Positions 44,980 through 59,604 of a stretch of 64,000 nucleotides of DNA are shown in pieces (within the stretch, counting starts at the first letter, position 1; every line of letters begins with the position of its first letter). Position numbers and translations under genes: made by a program. The DNA comes from an uncultured Acidimicrobiales bacterium. Its GTDB lineage: Bacteria > Actinomycetota > Acidimicrobiia > Acidimicrobiales > UBA8190. The notes below the pieces were generated by a model that worked only from the letters and a program-made list of their open reading frames with translations, was not told the origin of the DNA and searched no databases. Location of the stretch: assembly GCA_963848335.1 (NCBI GenBank), contig CAWKDD010000002.1:74159-138158 (forward strand), given 5' to 3'.

Positions 44980-45351
44980 GTGCCCACGATCGAACAGCTC
45001 GTCCGCAAGGGACGGGCCTCCAAGCAGTCCAAGACCAAGACGCCGGCGCTCAAAGGCGCGCCCCAGCGTCGGGGCGTGTGCACGCGCGTCTTCACCACCA
45101 CGCCCAAGAAGCCGAATTCGGCGCTGCGCAAGGTGGCCCGGGTCCGTCTCACGAGCGGGATCGAAGTGAGCGCGTACATCCCCGGCGTGGGCCACAACCT
45201 GCAGGAGCACTCCATCGTCCTGGTCCGCGGCGGCCGGGTGAAGGACCTGCCCGGTGTGCGCTACAAGGTGATCCGGGGGGCGCTCGACGCCGCCGGTGTC
45301 CGGGAGCGCAACCAGGCCCGCTCGCGCTACGGCGCCAAGAAGGAGTCCTGA
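44980..45351 (+). CDS. rpsL: 30S ribosomal protein S12
   Basis: 123 aa [12 protein letters not shown]...[16 protein letters not shown]. Confidence 0.95.
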   Translation: MPTIEQLVRKGRASKQSKTKTPALKGAPQRRGVCTRVFTTTPKKPNSALRKVARVRLTSGIEVSAYIPGVGHNLQEHSIVLVRGGRVKDLPGVRYKVIRGALDAAGVRERNQARSRYGAKKES

Positions 45352-45352
45352 G

Positions 45353-45823
45353 GTGCCCCGCAACGGCCCCGCCACCCGCCGCGAGCTCGCTCCCGACCCG
45401 GTCTTCCGGTCCGTGCTGGTGACCCAGGTCGTGAACAAGGTCCTCTCGCGCGGCAAGCGCACCCTGGCCGAGCGTCTGGTCTACGACGCGCTCGACGTCG
45501 TCCGGGACAAGACCGGCGGCGACCCCGTGTCGATCCTCAAGCGGGCGGTGGAGAACACCCGGCCCGAGCTCGAGGTGAAGAGCCGGCGGGTCGGGGGTGC
45601 CACCTACCAGGTGCCCGTCGAGGTCAGGCCCCGCCGTGCCACCACCCTGGCCATCCGGTGGCTCGTGGGGTTCTCCCGCCAGCGACGCGAGAAGACGATG
45701 GCCGAGCGACTGGCCAACGAGGTCCTCGACGCCGCCAACGCCACCGGCGCCGCGGTCAAACGCCGGGAGGACATGCACAAGATGGCCGAATCCAACAAGG
45801 CCTTCGCCCACTACCGCTGGTAG
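45353..45823 (+). CDS. rpsG: 30S ribosomal protein S7
   Basis: GTG at 45353, 1 nt after the rpsL stop. [18 protein letters not shown]...[13 protein letters not shown]. Confidence 0.9.
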   Translation: MPRNGPATRRELAPDPVFRSVLVTQVVNKVLSRGKRTLAERLVYDALDVVRDKTGGDPVSILKRAVENTRPELEVKSRRVGGATYQVPVEVRPRRATTLAIRWLVGFSRQRREKTMAERLANEVLDAANATGAAVKRREDMHKMAESNKAFAHYRW

Positions 45824-45894
45824 CGGGCAAGGCGCCCGGCGGGCGCCCCCGCTCCGGCCGGGCCCGTCCACGAACGACCTGAAAGCTCAGCATC

Positions 45895-47991
<2,097 letters not shown>

Positions 47992-48138
47992 CGGCGCTCG
48001 CACCCCAGGACGGCCTCGCAGCACGGCAACGCAGTTCCGCCACGCAGTACCGAAGAAGGAAGAAGAAGGAACAGGACACAGGAAGCAGGCGGCCCCCGAG
48101 GGGGAGCCGCCGGAGATCAGGGAGCCGGAGCAACAGCC

Positions 48139-49326
<1,188 letters not shown>

Positions 49327-49366
49327 GGATCAGGACGCGGGCGGGAAGGGAATCGGGAGAGCCAAC

Positions 49367-49693
49367 ATGGCAGACGCATCGCGCCAGAAGATCCGCATCC
49401 GGTTGAAGGCCTACGACCACGAGATCCTGGACCAGTCGACCGAGAAGATCGTGCAGACGGTCCTGCGCACCCAGGCCAAGGTCCAGGGCCCCGTGCCGCT
49501 GCCCACCGAGCGGCACCGCTACACGGTGATCCGCTCCCCCCACAAGTACAAGGACAGCCGCGAGCACTTCGAGATGCAGGTGCACAAGCGTCTCGTCGAC
49601 ATCGTCGAGCACACCCCGAAGACGGTGGACTCCCTGCAGCGCCTCGACCTGCCCGCCGGAGTCGACATCGAGATCAAGATCCAGAACGTCTGA
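49367..49693 (+). CDS. rpsJ: 30S ribosomal protein S10
   Basis: ATG 49367 gives [24 protein letters not shown]... Confidence 0.9.
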   Translation: MADASRQKIRIRLKAYDHEILDQSTEKIVQTVLRTQAKVQGPVPLPTERHRYTVIRSPHKYKDSREHFEMQVHKRLVDIVEHTPKTVDSLQRLDLPAGVDIEIKIQNV

Positions 49694-49988
49694 CCTGCCC
49701 GGCGCGCCCTGAACCAGGGCGAGAATTCCGCTGGCAGGCCCCCACGCCCATGGTGTAACGTCGCAGGTCGGGCCGATTTCGGTCCCGAGAGCCGTTACGA
49801 CGTCTCCGAGCGCCTGTCGCAGTGCCGGGCAGGGACCTCGGGGCAGAACCTGGCGAGCGCTCCGCTCCGGTCTCCGGGCGGAGCGTTGGCATGCACACCG
49901 GGCGCCGGAGACGGCGCGGAAGAACAGAACCAGGCGTACCGCCTCGTGGCGGGCGCACCAGCATCAAGACGGAAGGGACCCCTCCACC
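49694..49988 (+). other. unusually long (295 nt), hairpin-rich non-coding spacer between rpsJ and rplC
   Basis: Stems read by eye: cgccctg-aac-cagggcg at 49705..49721; gtaacg...cgttac enclosing ggg-ccg...cgg-ccc at ~49755..49800; gcgctccgc-t-ccgg-tct-ccgg-gcggagcg at 49856..49886. Confidence 0.3.
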
Positions 49989-50645
49989 GTGGCGACCAAG
50001 GCGATCGTCGGCGAAAAGGTCGGCATGACCCAGGTCTGGGACGAGAACAACCGCGCCGTGCCGGTGACGGTTCTCAAGGTCGCGCCCTTGCGGGTGGTCC
50101 AGGTCAAGACGCCCGAGCGCGAGGGCTACGCGGCCCTGCAGGTGACGTGGGGGGTCCGTCGCGCCTCCACCCTCAACAAGCCCGAGCAGGGCCACTTCGC
50201 GTCGGCCGGCGTCGAGCCGGGCCGGCACCTCGTGGAGCTGCGGATCGACGACGCCAGTGGCTTCGAGGTGGGCCAGCAGCTCACCGCCGCCCTGATGAGC
50301 GCGGGCGAGCGGGTCGACGCCATCGCCGTGTCCAAGGGCAAGGGGTTCACCGGGGCCATGAAGCGGCACAACTTCAAGGGTCAGGGTGCCGCCCACGGGA
50401 ACCACAAGAAGCATCGGTCGCCTGGTTCCATCGGTGCCTGTGCCACCCCGGCCCGCGTCTTCAAGGGGACCAGGATGGCGGGGCGCATGGGCGGGCACCA
50501 GGTCACCACGCTCAACCTCGAAGTGGTCCAGGCCGACGCCGAGCGCGAGCTGATCCTCGTGCGGGGGGCCGTGCCCGGTCCCCGTGGCGGCATGGTCGTG
50601 CTCCGCAACACGGTCAAGGGGACCAACGGGGTGCGTCCCGCATGA
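49989..50645 (+). CDS. rplC: 50S ribosomal protein L3
   Basis: 218 aa, GTG start. KGKGFTGAMKRHNFKG block. Confidence 0.95.
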   Translation: MATKAIVGEKVGMTQVWDENNRAVPVTVLKVAPLRVVQVKTPEREGYAALQVTWGVRRASTLNKPEQGHFASAGVEPGRHLVELRIDDASGFEVGQQLTAALMSAGERVDAIAVSKGKGFTGAMKRHNFKGQGAAHGNHKKHRSPGSIGACATPARVFKGTRMAGRMGGHQVTTLNLEVVQADAERELILVRGAVPGPRGGMVVLRNTVKGTNGVRPA

Positions 50646-51472
50646 CCATCGTGACCGCTCAGCCCCGGAGGCCCACGGCACCGCACCCGGCCCGAACCCG
50701 AGCACCGGACCGTCGAGCGCAGGCGCATCGACGGGACCGTCATCGACACGGTGTCGCTCGACCCCGACATCTTCGGACTCGTCCCCAATACCGCCGTGCT
50801 CCACCAGGTCATCACGGCCCAGCTGGCCGCGGCCCGCGCCGGCACCCAGTCGACGCGCACCCGGGCCGAGGTGGCCGGTGGTGGCACCAAGCCCTTCCGG
50901 CAGAAGGGGACGGGGCGTGCCCGTCAGGGCTCGATCCGGTCCCCGCAATGGTCCGGCGGCGGTGTGGCGCTCGGCCCCAAGCCCGCGTTCGTACCGCCAG
51001 CGGACCCCCAAGAAGATGATCCGCCTGGCCCTGCTCTCGGCCCTGTCGGACCGCGCCTCGGAGGGCAAGGTGGCGGTGGTCGACGAGTGGTCGTTCCCTG
51101 CGCCCCGGACCAAGGACGCCGTGGCCGCCCTGGCCGCGCTCGAGCTGGGCGGCCGCGTCCTCGTGGTGCTCGGTCCCGAGGACGGGATCCCGGACCGGTC
51201 CTTCGCCAACCTGGCCGACGTCCAGACGATCCAGAGCCCCGAGCTCAACGCCTACGACGTGCTGAGGAGCGACTGGGTGGTGTTCACCGACGCCACCCTT
51301 CCGGGGGAGACGACCGTGGTGCCCGACAAGCCCGCCCCGGCGCCCCGGGCGCGGTCGACCTCGGTCCCGGCGACGAAGGACACCGAGGCCGTCGACACCG
51401 ATGCCGTCGAGGTCGAGGCCGAAGCCGTCGACGGAAGGGCCCGAAGCGCACGGCGAGGAGGGCGACGGATGA
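50642..51472 (+). pseudogene. rplD: 50S ribosomal protein L4, interrupted by +1 shifts at ~50982-50986 and ~51433-51434, and probably a third between 50660 and 50712 (sequence errors or pseudogene)
   Basis: ATG 50642 overlaps the L3 stop (ATGA). The conserved core [17 protein letters not shown]...[32 protein letters not shown] lies in the frame of ORF 50751. [16 protein letters not shown]...[11 protein letters not shown] lies in the frame of ORF 50584. The acidic tail ...[12 protein letters not shown] ends at TGA 51470..51472, which overlaps the L23 ATG. Confidence 0.8.
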
Positions 51473-51762
51473 AAGACGCCGAGCAGGTCCTGATGCGGCC
51501 CGTCGTGTCGGAGAAGTCGTACGCCCTCATGGAGGACGGCACCTACATCTTCGTGGTGGCGCCCGACGCCACGAAGATCGACGTCCGCTACGCCGTCGAG
51601 CAGGCCTTCGGCGTCCGCGTGAAGAGCGTGAACACGCTCAACCGCAAGGGCAAGCGCCGCCGCAACCGCAAGAGCAACACCGTCGGCACCAAGTCAGACA
51701 CCAAGCGGGCCATCGTCACCCTGGCGGGCGGCGACAAGATCGACCTGTTCGAGAAGAGCTGA
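51469..51762 (+). CDS. rplW: 50S ribosomal protein L23
   Basis: 97 aa [30 protein letters not shown]... Confidence 0.9.
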   Translation: MKDAEQVLMRPVVSEKSYALMEDGTYIFVVAPDATKIDVRYAVEQAFGVRVKSVNTLNRKGKRRRNRKSNTVGTKSDTKRAIVTLAGGDKIDLFEKS

Positions 51763-51775
51763 GAGGGCGCCTCCG

Positions 51776-52612
51776 ATGCCATTGCGCAAGCGCAAGCCGA
51801 CCAGCGCCGGCCGCCGGTTCCAGACCGTCTCGGACTTCTCCGAGGTCACCCGGTCCAAGCCCGAGCGGTCGCTCGTGGTGCCGAAGCCGAGCTCGGGTGG
51901 ACGCAACAGCTACGGCCGCAAGACGGCGCGCCACCGCGGGAGCGGTCACAAGCAGCAGTACCGCCTCATCGACTTCAAACGGGACAAGGACGGTGTCCCC
52001 GCCAAGGTCGCCGCCATCGAGTACGACCCCAACCGCAACGCCCGCATCGCCCTGCTGCACTACTACGACGGCGAGAAGCGCTACATCCTCGCCCCGGCAT
52101 TGGTGCGCGTCGGTGACGTGCTGGCGAGCGGCCAGGGCTCGGAGATCCGGCCCGGGAACGCACTGCCGCTGCGCTACATCCCGGTGGGCTCGACCGTCCA
52201 CAACGTGGAGCTGCGCCCCGGCCAAGGCGGCAAGCTCGCCCGGGGGGCGGGGATGAGCGCCCAGCTGGTGGCCAAAGAGGGCCAGTTCGCCACCTTGCGG
52301 CTGCCCTCGACCGAGATGCGCCGGGTCCCCATCGACTGCCGGGGAACCCTGGGCGAGGTGGGGAACGCCGAGGCCGAGCTGGTGTCGGTGGGCAAGGCGG
52401 GCCGCAACCGCTGGAAGGGCGTGCGCCCCCAGACCCGTGGCGTGGCCATGAACCCCGTCGACCACCCGCTCGGCGGTGGGGAGGGCAAGTCGTCGGGAGG
52501 CCGGCACCCGGTGTCGCCGTGGGGGAAGCCCGAGGGCCGGACCCGTTCCCGCCACAAGCGGTCCGACCAGATGATCGTGCGCCGGCGCCGCAGCCGTGGC
52601 GCGCGCCGATGA
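51776..52612 (+). CDS. rplB: 50S ribosomal protein L2
   Basis: 278 aa with [18 protein letters not shown] and [14 protein letters not shown]. Confidence 0.95.
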   Translation: MPLRKRKPTSAGRRFQTVSDFSEVTRSKPERSLVVPKPSSGGRNSYGRKTARHRGSGHKQQYRLIDFKRDKDGVPAKVAAIEYDPNRNARIALLHYYDGEKRYILAPALVRVGDVLASGQGSEIRPGNALPLRYIPVGSTVHNVELRPGQGGKLARGAGMSAQLVAKEGQFATLRLPSTEMRRVPIDCRGTLGEVGNAEAELVSVGKAGRNRWKGVRPQTRGVAMNPVDHPLGGGEGKSSGGRHPVSPWGKPEGRTRSRHKRSDQMIVRRRRSRGARR

Positions 52613-52636
52613 CCGGAGCCCAAGGAGCACTGCCCC

Positions 52637-52915
52637 ATGCCTCGTAGCCTGAAGAAGGGCCCCTTCGTGGACGACCACCTGCTCAAGAAGGTGGACGCCC
52701 TGAACGCCACCAACGAGAAGCGCGTCATCAAGACGTGGTCCCGGCGTTCCACGATCATCCCCGACATGGTGGGCCACACCATCGCCGTGCACGACGGGCG
52801 CAAGCACGTCCCCGTGTACGTCACCGAGTCGATGGTGGGACACAAGCTCGGTGAGTTCGCCCTCACTCGGACCTTCCGGTACCACGCCGGACAGGAACGG
52901 CAAGCGAGGCGGTGA
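52637..52915 (+). CDS. rpsS: 30S ribosomal protein S19
   Basis: 92 aa [19 protein letters not shown]...GHKLGEF. Confidence 0.95.
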   Translation: MPRSLKKGPFVDDHLLKKVDALNATNEKRVIKTWSRRSTIIPDMVGHTIAVHDGRKHVPVYVTESMVGHKLGEFALTRTFRYHAGQERQARR

Positions 52916-52916
52916 C

Positions 52917-53739
52917 ATGCCCGGCGTGAAGACCAACGAGGTGCCCGGGACGCGCGCCGTGCTGCGCCACTACCGCATGTCGGCGTACAAGGCACGGCAG
53001 GTCCTCGACCTCATCCGCGGACGCGATGCCGACCGAGCCGAAGAGATCCTCAACGCCACGCCCGCGAGGCCGCCCGCGTGGTGCACAAGGTCCTGGCCTC
53101 GGCCGTGGCCAACGCCCGCAACAACGAGCAACTCGACCCCGACGATCTCTACGTGTCGGCCTGCTACGCCGACGAGGGCACCACGCTCAAGCGGTGGCGG
53201 CCCCGGGCCCGCGGCCGCGCCACCAGGATCCGCAAGCGCACCTGCCACATCACGGTGATCGTGAGCCGGCTCCCCGAAGACAGGCTGGAGCGCCGCCGGG
53301 CGCGCCAGTCCGCGGCCACCTCCGGCCTGCGCTCCCGCCGGGTGGCGGCGTCGCGGCGCGGCGAGGATGGTCGCGCCGTGCCCGACGCCGAGGAGCCGTC
53401 CGACACCGTTTCGGTGACCGACGCCGGGGTCGAGGACCTCGACACGGGTGAGGTCGAGGGCTCCGACGTCGAAGCCGAGGTCGTCGAGGACGACCTCGAC
53501 ACGGGCGACACCGAGGACTCCGACGTCGACACCGGTGAGGCCGGTGAGGGGCTTTCGACGGGCGAGGCGGCAGGAGCCGAAGCCGACGAGGAAGAGGCCG
53601 AAGTCGACGAAGAGGTCGTGGAGGAAGCACCGCCCGCGCCCCGACCACGGCGGCGCGCGGTGCCCGCAAGAGCACCAACAAGGCCGCCGGGGACGACGAC
53701 GGTGACGCCGGCGCTGCGGGCGAAGAGGAGAAGGGCTGA
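52917..53739 (+). pseudogene. rplV: 50S ribosomal protein L22 with long acidic C-terminal extension, interrupted by two 1-nt deletions in C-runs at ~53061-53063 and ~53639-53642 (sequence errors or pseudogene)
   Basis: [49 protein letters not shown] lies in the frame of ORF 52851. [21 protein letters not shown]...[15 protein letters not shown] plus the acidic tail lies in ORF 53078. The last ~33 aa ...[23 protein letters not shown] lie in a third frame that stops at 53737..53739, 3 nt before rpsC. Confidence 0.8.
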
Positions 53740-53742
53740 GCC

Positions 53743-54750
<1,008 letters not shown>

Positions 54751-54751
<1 letters not shown>

Positions 54752-55188
54752 TGCTCATGCCGCGCAAGGTCAAGCACCGCAAGCAGCACCGCGGCCGGCT
54801 CAACGGCCTGGCCAAGGGCGCCATGACCATCAACTTCGGCGACTTCGGGATCCAGGCACTCGAGCCGGGGTGGCTCACCCAGCGCCAGATCGAGGCGGCC
54901 CGAATCGCCATGACCCGCCACGTCAAGCGAGGTGGCAAGGTGTGGATCCGGGTCTTCCCCGACAAGCCGGTCACCCAGAAGCCGGCCGAGACCCGTATGG
55001 GCTCGGGTAAGGGGAACCCCGAGCACTGGGTCGCGGTCGTCCGGCCCGGTCGTGTGCTCTTCGAGCTGGCCGGGGTCGAGCGCGACCTGGCCCGCGAGGC
55101 CATGGAGCGGGCCATCCAGAAGCTTCCCTTCAAGGCCCGATTCGTCGTCCGCCCGGGCACCCACGGGGCGCCCGAGGTGGAGGTGTAG
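54751..55188 (+). CDS. rplP: 50S ribosomal protein L16
   Basis: 145 aa [16 protein letters not shown].... TGATG overlap with the S3 stop. Confidence 0.95.
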
Positions 55189-55195
55189 CCGAGCC

Positions 55196-55615
55196 ATGCC
55201 CAACGCTTCGGAACTGAGAGAGCTCGACATCGAGGAGCTCGAGAACAGGCTGACCGAGTACCGCCGCGAGATGCTCAATCTCCGCTTCCAGCTCGCCACC
55301 GGCCAGCTGGACAACGTGGTGCGCCTGTCGGTGGTCCGCAAGGACGTCGCCCGGGTGCTGACGATCCTTCGGGATCGGGAGATCGCGCTGGCCGAGGGTC
55401 GCGACGCGGGACCGGTGCCCGCCACCCGGCCCGTCCGGCGCCGCCCGGCCAAGGAGATCGAGGTCGCCGACGAGGACGAAACCGTTCCCCGCCCCTCGAG
55501 AGCGGCCCGGGCCGAGACGGCCGAGGAGAGTTCCGACGCAGTCGAGGACACGGTCGAGGACGAGGAGATACCCGAGGATGTCGGCGTCGGCGACGGCGAC
55601 GAGGAGGACCAGTGA
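55196..55615 (+). CDS. rpmC: 50S ribosomal protein L29 with ~70 aa acidic C-terminal extension
   Basis: ATG 55196 gives [38 protein letters not shown].... The tail ends in ...GDGDEEDQ, with its stop overlapping the S17 start. Confidence 0.85.
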   Translation: MPNASELRELDIEELENRLTEYRREMLNLRFQLATGQLDNVVRLSVVRKDVARVLTILRDREIALAEGRDAGPVPATRPVRRRPAKEIEVADEDETVPRPSRAARAETAEESSDAVEDTVEDEEIPEDVGVGDGDEEDQ

Positions 55616-55896
55616 TGGCCGAGCAAGAGACACCCGCCGAGGCGCCGCGTCGCAGCCGCAAGACGCGCGAAGGCCTCGTCGTCTCCGACAAGATGCAGGC
55701 CACCGTGGTCGTGGCGGTGACCGAGCGTGTTCGTCACTCCCGCTACGGCAAGACCGTGCAGCGGACCCGCAAGCTCTACGCGCACGACTCGGAGAACGAT
55801 GCCAAGGTCGGTGACCGGGTACGGGTGACCGAGACGCGGCCCCTGTCGAAGCTCAAGCGGTGGCGCGTCACCGAAGTGGTGGAGCGTGCCCGGTGA
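55615..55896 (+). CDS. rpsQ: 30S ribosomal protein S17
   Basis: [35 protein letters not shown].... ATG 55615 (alternative GTG 55612). Confidence 0.9.
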   Translation: MAEQETPAEAPRRSRKTREGLVVSDKMQATVVVAVTERVRHSRYGKTVQRTRKLYAHDSENDAKVGDRVRVTETRPLSKLKRWRVTEVVERAR

Positions 55897-56261
55897 TCCA
55901 GCAGGAGTCGCGCCTCAAGGTGGCCGACAATTCCGGGGCCCGTGTGGTGCTGTGCATCAAGGTGCTCGGGGGGTCGCGCCGTCGCTACGCAGGCATCGGC
56001 GACGTGTTCGTGGGGACGGTCAAAGACGCCATCCCCGGTGCCGCCGTCAAGAAGGGAGAGGTCGTGCGGTGTGTGGTGGTGCGCACGGCCAAAGAGACAC
56101 GACGCCCCGACGGCAGTTACATCAAGTTCGACGAGAACGCCGCCGTGCTCATCAACGACCAGCAGCAACCCCGAGGGACCCGGATCTTCGGCCCCGTCGG
56201 GCGCGAGCTGCGCGACAAGAGGTTCATGCGGATCGTGTCTCTGGCTCCGGAGGTGTTGTGA
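55893..56261 (+). CDS. rplN: 50S ribosomal protein L14
   Basis: GTG 55893 (GTGA overlap with the S17 stop) gives [17 protein letters not shown]... Confidence 0.9.
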   Translation: MIQQESRLKVADNSGARVVLCIKVLGGSRRRYAGIGDVFVGTVKDAIPGAAVKKGEVVRCVVVRTAKETRRPDGSYIKFDENAAVLINDQQQPRGTRIFGPVGRELRDKRFMRIVSLAPEVL

Positions 56262-56569
56262 TGCGAATTCGCAAGGGTGACACGGTGCAGGTGCTCTCGG
56301 GTAAGCACCGGGGCAAGCGCGGCCAGGTGATGGTGGCGCTCCCTGCGCAGGGCAAGGTGATCGTCGACGGGGCCAACATGGCCAAGCGGCACACCAAGCC
56401 CCGCGGCGCCACCATGCAGGGCGGGATCATCGACAAGGACATGCCGTTGCCGGTCTCGGCGGTCGCCATCGTCTGCCCGGCGTGCGGGCCCAGCCGTATC
56501 GGCATCCGAGAGGACGAGGCCGGTCGCAAGATCCGCGTGTGCCGCAAGTGCGGGACCGAGCTGTCATGA
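56261..56569 (+). CDS. rplX: 50S ribosomal protein L24, zinc-ribbon-containing form
   Basis: ATG 56261 gives [23 protein letters not shown].... The C-terminus carries CPACG...CRKCG. Confidence 0.9.
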   Translation: MRIRKGDTVQVLSGKHRGKRGQVMVALPAQGKVIVDGANMAKRHTKPRGATMQGGIIDKDMPLPVSAVAIVCPACGPSRIGIREDEAGRKIRVCRKCGTELS

Positions 56570-57138
56570 CCGTGGCACCCACCCGGACCCGTCCCCGCCT
56601 GAAGGAGCGCTACGAGCAGACCTTGCGCGCCGAGCTCCAGCAGAGCCTCGGGCTCTCCAACGTCATGCAGGTGCCCAGGCTGGAGAAGGTCGTGATCAAC
56701 ATGGGCGTGGGCAAGGCCACCCAGCAGCCGTCGCTCATCGAGGGTGCGGTGCGCGACCTCGAGGTGATCACGGGCCAAAAGCCCGTGGTGACCCGGGCCC
56801 GCCGCTCGATAGCCGCCTTCAAGCTCCGCGAGGGCATGCCCATCGGCGCCAAGGTGACCCTGCGTGGCGACAGGGCCTGGGAATTCCTGGACCGGCTGAT
56901 CTCGGTGGCGATCCCCAGGATCCGCGACTTCCGGGGTCTGTCGTCGACGTCGTTCGACGGCCGGGGCAACTACACCTTCGGCGTCACCGAACAACTGATC
57001 TTCCCCGAGGTCGACTACGACCGGGTCGACAACATCCGGGGCATGGACATCACCATCGGCATCACCGCCCAGAACGACACGGAAGGCCGCGCCTTTCTCG
57101 TCGCTTTCGGCTTCCCCTTCAAGCAGGAGACCGTCTAG
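56566..57138 (+). CDS. rplE: 50S ribosomal protein L5
   Basis: ATG 56566 (ATGA overlap) gives [18 protein letters not shown]...GMDITI... Confidence 0.9.
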   Translation: MTVAPTRTRPRLKERYEQTLRAELQQSLGLSNVMQVPRLEKVVINMGVGKATQQPSLIEGAVRDLEVITGQKPVVTRARRSIAAFKLREGMPIGAKVTLRGDRAWEFLDRLISVAIPRIRDFRGLSSTSFDGRGNYTFGVTEQLIFPEVDYDRVDNIRGMDITIGITAQNDTEGRAFLVAFGFPFKQETV

Positions 57139-57142
57139 CACC

Positions 57143-57328
57143 ATGGCCAAGAAGGCACTGATCGAGAAGCAACAGCGGACGCCCAAATTCAAGGTCCGGG
57201 CCTACACCCGGTGCCGGCGCTGCGGACGTCCCCGGGCCGTGTTGCGCAAGTTCGGCCTCTGTCGCATCTGCCTGCGCGTCATGGTGCACTCGGGGGAGAT
57301 CCCCGGTGTCACCAAGGCGAGCTGGTGA
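57143..57328 (+). CDS. rpsN: 30S ribosomal protein S14, type Z (zinc-binding, 61 aa)
   Basis: [45 protein letters not shown]... with CxxC...CxxC. Confidence 0.95.
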   Translation: MAKKALIEKQQRTPKFKVRAYTRCRRCGRPRAVLRKFGLCRICLRVMVHSGEIPGVTKASW

Positions 57329-57344
57329 GGGGAGGAACGCGCCC

Positions 57345-57756
57345 ATGACGATGACCGACCCCGTTGCCGACATGCTCACCCGCATCCGCAACGCCAACAC
57401 CGCCATGCACGACAGCGTCAAGATGCCCAGCTCGAAGCTGAAGGAGTCCCTGGCCGTCATCCTCCAGCGCGAGGGGTACATCGCGGGTTTCGAGGTGGCA
57501 CAGCCGGCTGAGGGCTCGGGCCCGGGCAGCGTGCTCGAGATCCAGCTCAAGTACGCGCCGGACCGCACGCGCACCATCGGCGGCCTGCGCCGCGTGTCAC
57601 GGCCCGGGCTGCGCATCTACGCCGCGTGCCGACGGGCTTCCCCGGGTCCTCGGCGGCATGGGCGTGGCCGTCGTGTCCACCAGCCACGGCCTCATGACCG
57701 ACCGCGAGGCCCGTCAGAAGCGGGTGGGTGGGGAGGTCCTCTGCTATGTGTGGTGA
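57345..57756 (+). pseudogene. rpsH: 30S ribosomal protein S8, interrupted by one extra base at ~57622-57625 (sequence error or pseudogene)
   Basis: [18 protein letters not shown]...[12 protein letters not shown] lies in the frame of ORF 57306. My translation of the next frame gives [43 protein letters not shown] with a stop at 57754..57756. Confidence 0.85.
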
Positions 57757-57792
57757 GAGGTTCCCGCTCACGACGTGCGGGGAGGTGCGCTG

Positions 57793-58332
57793 ATGTCACG
57801 CGTCGGTCGCTCCCCCATCCCCGTCCCCGGCGGCGTCACGGTGTCGGTCGACGAGGGCGTCGTCACCGTCGCCGGTCCCCAGGGCAGCCTGACGCGCTCG
57901 CTGCCGGGCGCCATCACCGTCCGCCAGGAAGATTCCACCCTGCTGGTCGAGCGGCCCGACGACCAGCGCCACAGCCGGGCCCTGCACGGGCTGACCCGGT
58001 CCCTCGTGGCCAACATGGTCACCGGGGTCACCGCCGGGTTCTCCAAGGATCTCGAGATCGTCGGCGTGGGGTACCGGGCCATCGCCAAGGGCCCCTCCTC
58101 CCTCGAGCTCGCTCTGGGCTTCTCGCACCCGGTCACGGTCGAGGCCCCCGACGGGGTCGTCTTCGAGGTGCCCAGCCAGACCCGCATCGTCGTCAAGGGC
58201 ATCGACAAGGAGAAGGTCGGCCAGGTGGCAGCCGACATCCGAAAGCTCCGGAAGCCCGAGCCCTACAAGGGCAAGGGCATCCGCTACGCCGGCGAACGCG
58301 TGATCCGCAAGGCCGGCAAGGCGGCCAAGTGA
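57793..58332 (+). CDS. rplF: 50S ribosomal protein L6
   Basis: ATG 57793 after GGGGAGG gives [19 protein letters not shown]... Confidence 0.9.
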   Translation: MSRVGRSPIPVPGGVTVSVDEGVVTVAGPQGSLTRSLPGAITVRQEDSTLLVERPDDQRHSRALHGLTRSLVANMVTGVTAGFSKDLEIVGVGYRAIAKGPSSLELALGFSHPVTVEAPDGVVFEVPSQTRIVVKGIDKEKVGQVAADIRKLRKPEPYKGKGIRYAGERVIRKAGKAAK

Positions 58333-58334
58333 CG

Positions 58335-58700
58335 ATGGCCACGAAAGCGGCGCGCAAGCGCACCATGCGGATCCGGCGCCACGTGCGGGTGCGCAAGCAC
58401 ATCACTGGAACCACCGGCCGCCCCCGGCTGGCCGTGTTCCGCTCGGGTCGCCACATCTCCGCGCAGGTCATCGACGACACCGCGGGCCGGACCCTGGCTG
58501 CGGCCAGCACGGTGGAGGCGGACCTGCGGGGTGCGACCGGGGGCAACGTCGCCGCGGCGACAGCTGTCGGTCGCCTGGTGGCCGACCGGGCCAAGGCAGT
58601 GGGGGTGACCCGGGTCGTGTTCGACCGCGGGGGCTTCCGGTATCACGGGCGAGTGGCGGCATTGGCCGACGCGGCCCGCGAGGGAGGACTGGAGTTCTGA
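58335..58700 (+). CDS. rplR: 50S ribosomal protein L18
   Basis: ATG 58335 gives [26 protein letters not shown]...[26 protein letters not shown]. This is the tail of the chimeric ORF 57306..58700. Confidence 0.9.
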   Translation: MATKAARKRTMRIRRHVRVRKHITGTTGRPRLAVFRSGRHISAQVIDDTAGRTLAAASTVEADLRGATGGNVAAATAVGRLVADRAKAVGVTRVVFDRGGFRYHGRVAALADAAREGGLEF

Positions 58701-59251
58701 TGCTCGACGGACAATTCGAAGAGCGGACCATCCGCGTCAACAGGGTGGCCAAGGTGGTCCAAGGTGGCCGCCGGTTCTCGTTCACCGCGCTCATGGTCGT
58801 GGGTGACGGCAACGGACGCGTGGGTCTCGGCTACGGCAAGGCGAAGGAGGCGGGCCTGGCCGTGCAGAAGGGCATCGAAGAGGCCCGCAAGAACATGTTC
58901 GACGTGCCGCTGGCCGGTTCGACGATCACCCACCCCGTGATCGGCGTGGCCGGGGCGGGACGCGTCATGCTCAAGCCCGCCTCCCCCGGTACCGGAGTCA
59001 TCGCCGGCGGGGCGGCGCGCGCCATTCTCGAGATGGCGGGGATCCACGACATCCTGTGCAAGTCGCTGGGCTCGTCCAACGGCATCAACGTCGCCCACGC
59101 CACCATCGCCGGTCTGAAGTCCCTCAAGCGGCCCGAGGACGTGGCCCGCCTGCGGGGCCTTCCCGCCGACCAGGTGGTGCCCCGCGGCGTGCTGCGTGCC
59201 TATCGCGAGCGCCAGCGTGCTTCGGACCTCTTCCAGGAGGTGCCCACGTGA
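58700..59251 (+). CDS. rpsE: 30S ribosomal protein S5
   Basis: 183 aa with [14 protein letters not shown] and GTGVIAGG blocks. Confidence 0.95.
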   Translation: MLDGQFEERTIRVNRVAKVVQGGRRFSFTALMVVGDGNGRVGLGYGKAKEAGLAVQKGIEEARKNMFDVPLAGSTITHPVIGVAGAGRVMLKPASPGTGVIAGGAARAILEMAGIHDILCKSLGSSNGINVAHATIAGLKSLKRPEDVARLRGLPADQVVPRGVLRAYRERQRASDLFQEVPT

Positions 59252-59604
59252 GCGCCACCAAGGCGGGTACCGCCGGCGCGTCCGGGAGCCACCTCCGGGT
59301 GACCCAGGTGCGATCGGGCATCAGCACCAAGCCCAAGCACCGCGGCACGCTGCGGGCCTTGGGCCTGCGCGGCGTGGGCCGCAGCCGGGTGCTTCCCGAC
59401 CGCCCCGACGTCCGCGGCATGATCGCCCGCGTCCCCCACCTCGTCTCCGTGGAGCCCGCCGGTGCGGAGGAGGCCGCCGACCAGGCGGCGCGCTCGGACA
59501 CGGCGCGCCGGGCCCGGCGCGTCTCGGAGGGGGCCGTCACCGAGACACCGGACGCGCCCGCTGCTCCCCGCAGGGCGCGCCGCACCGACAAGGAGTCCGC
59601 ATGA
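59248..59604 (+). CDS. rpmD: 50S ribosomal protein L30 with ~55 aa C-terminal extension
   Basis: GTG 59248 (GTGA overlap with the S5 stop) gives [44 protein letters not shown]...HLVSVE followed by an extension. The stop overlaps the L15 ATG. Confidence 0.85.
   Translation: MSATKAGTAGASGSHLRVTQVRSGISTKPKHRGTLRALGLRGVGRSRVLPDRPDVRGMIARVPHLVSVEPAGAEEAADQAARSDTARRARRVSEGAVTETPDAPAAPRRARRTDKESA

Noticed and set aside
49822-50028. 68 aa ORF inside the rpsJ-rplC spacer
   Set aside because: It is Arg/Gly/Pro-rich, has no RBS, and overlaps the rplC start. It is more likely non-coding.
50584-51762. Apparent L4-L23 fusion protein
   Set aside because: The acidic L4 tail ends in the adjacent frame at a TGA that overlaps the L23 ATG, as at other junctions of the operon. 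A +1 indel is more parsimonious than a fusion.
57306-58700. Single 464 aa ORF covering S8, L6 and L18 positions
   Set aside because: It is a chimera created by the S8 frameshift. Only its first ~105 aa (S8) and last 121 aa (L18) are real protein sequence. The middle is the wrong frame over rplF.
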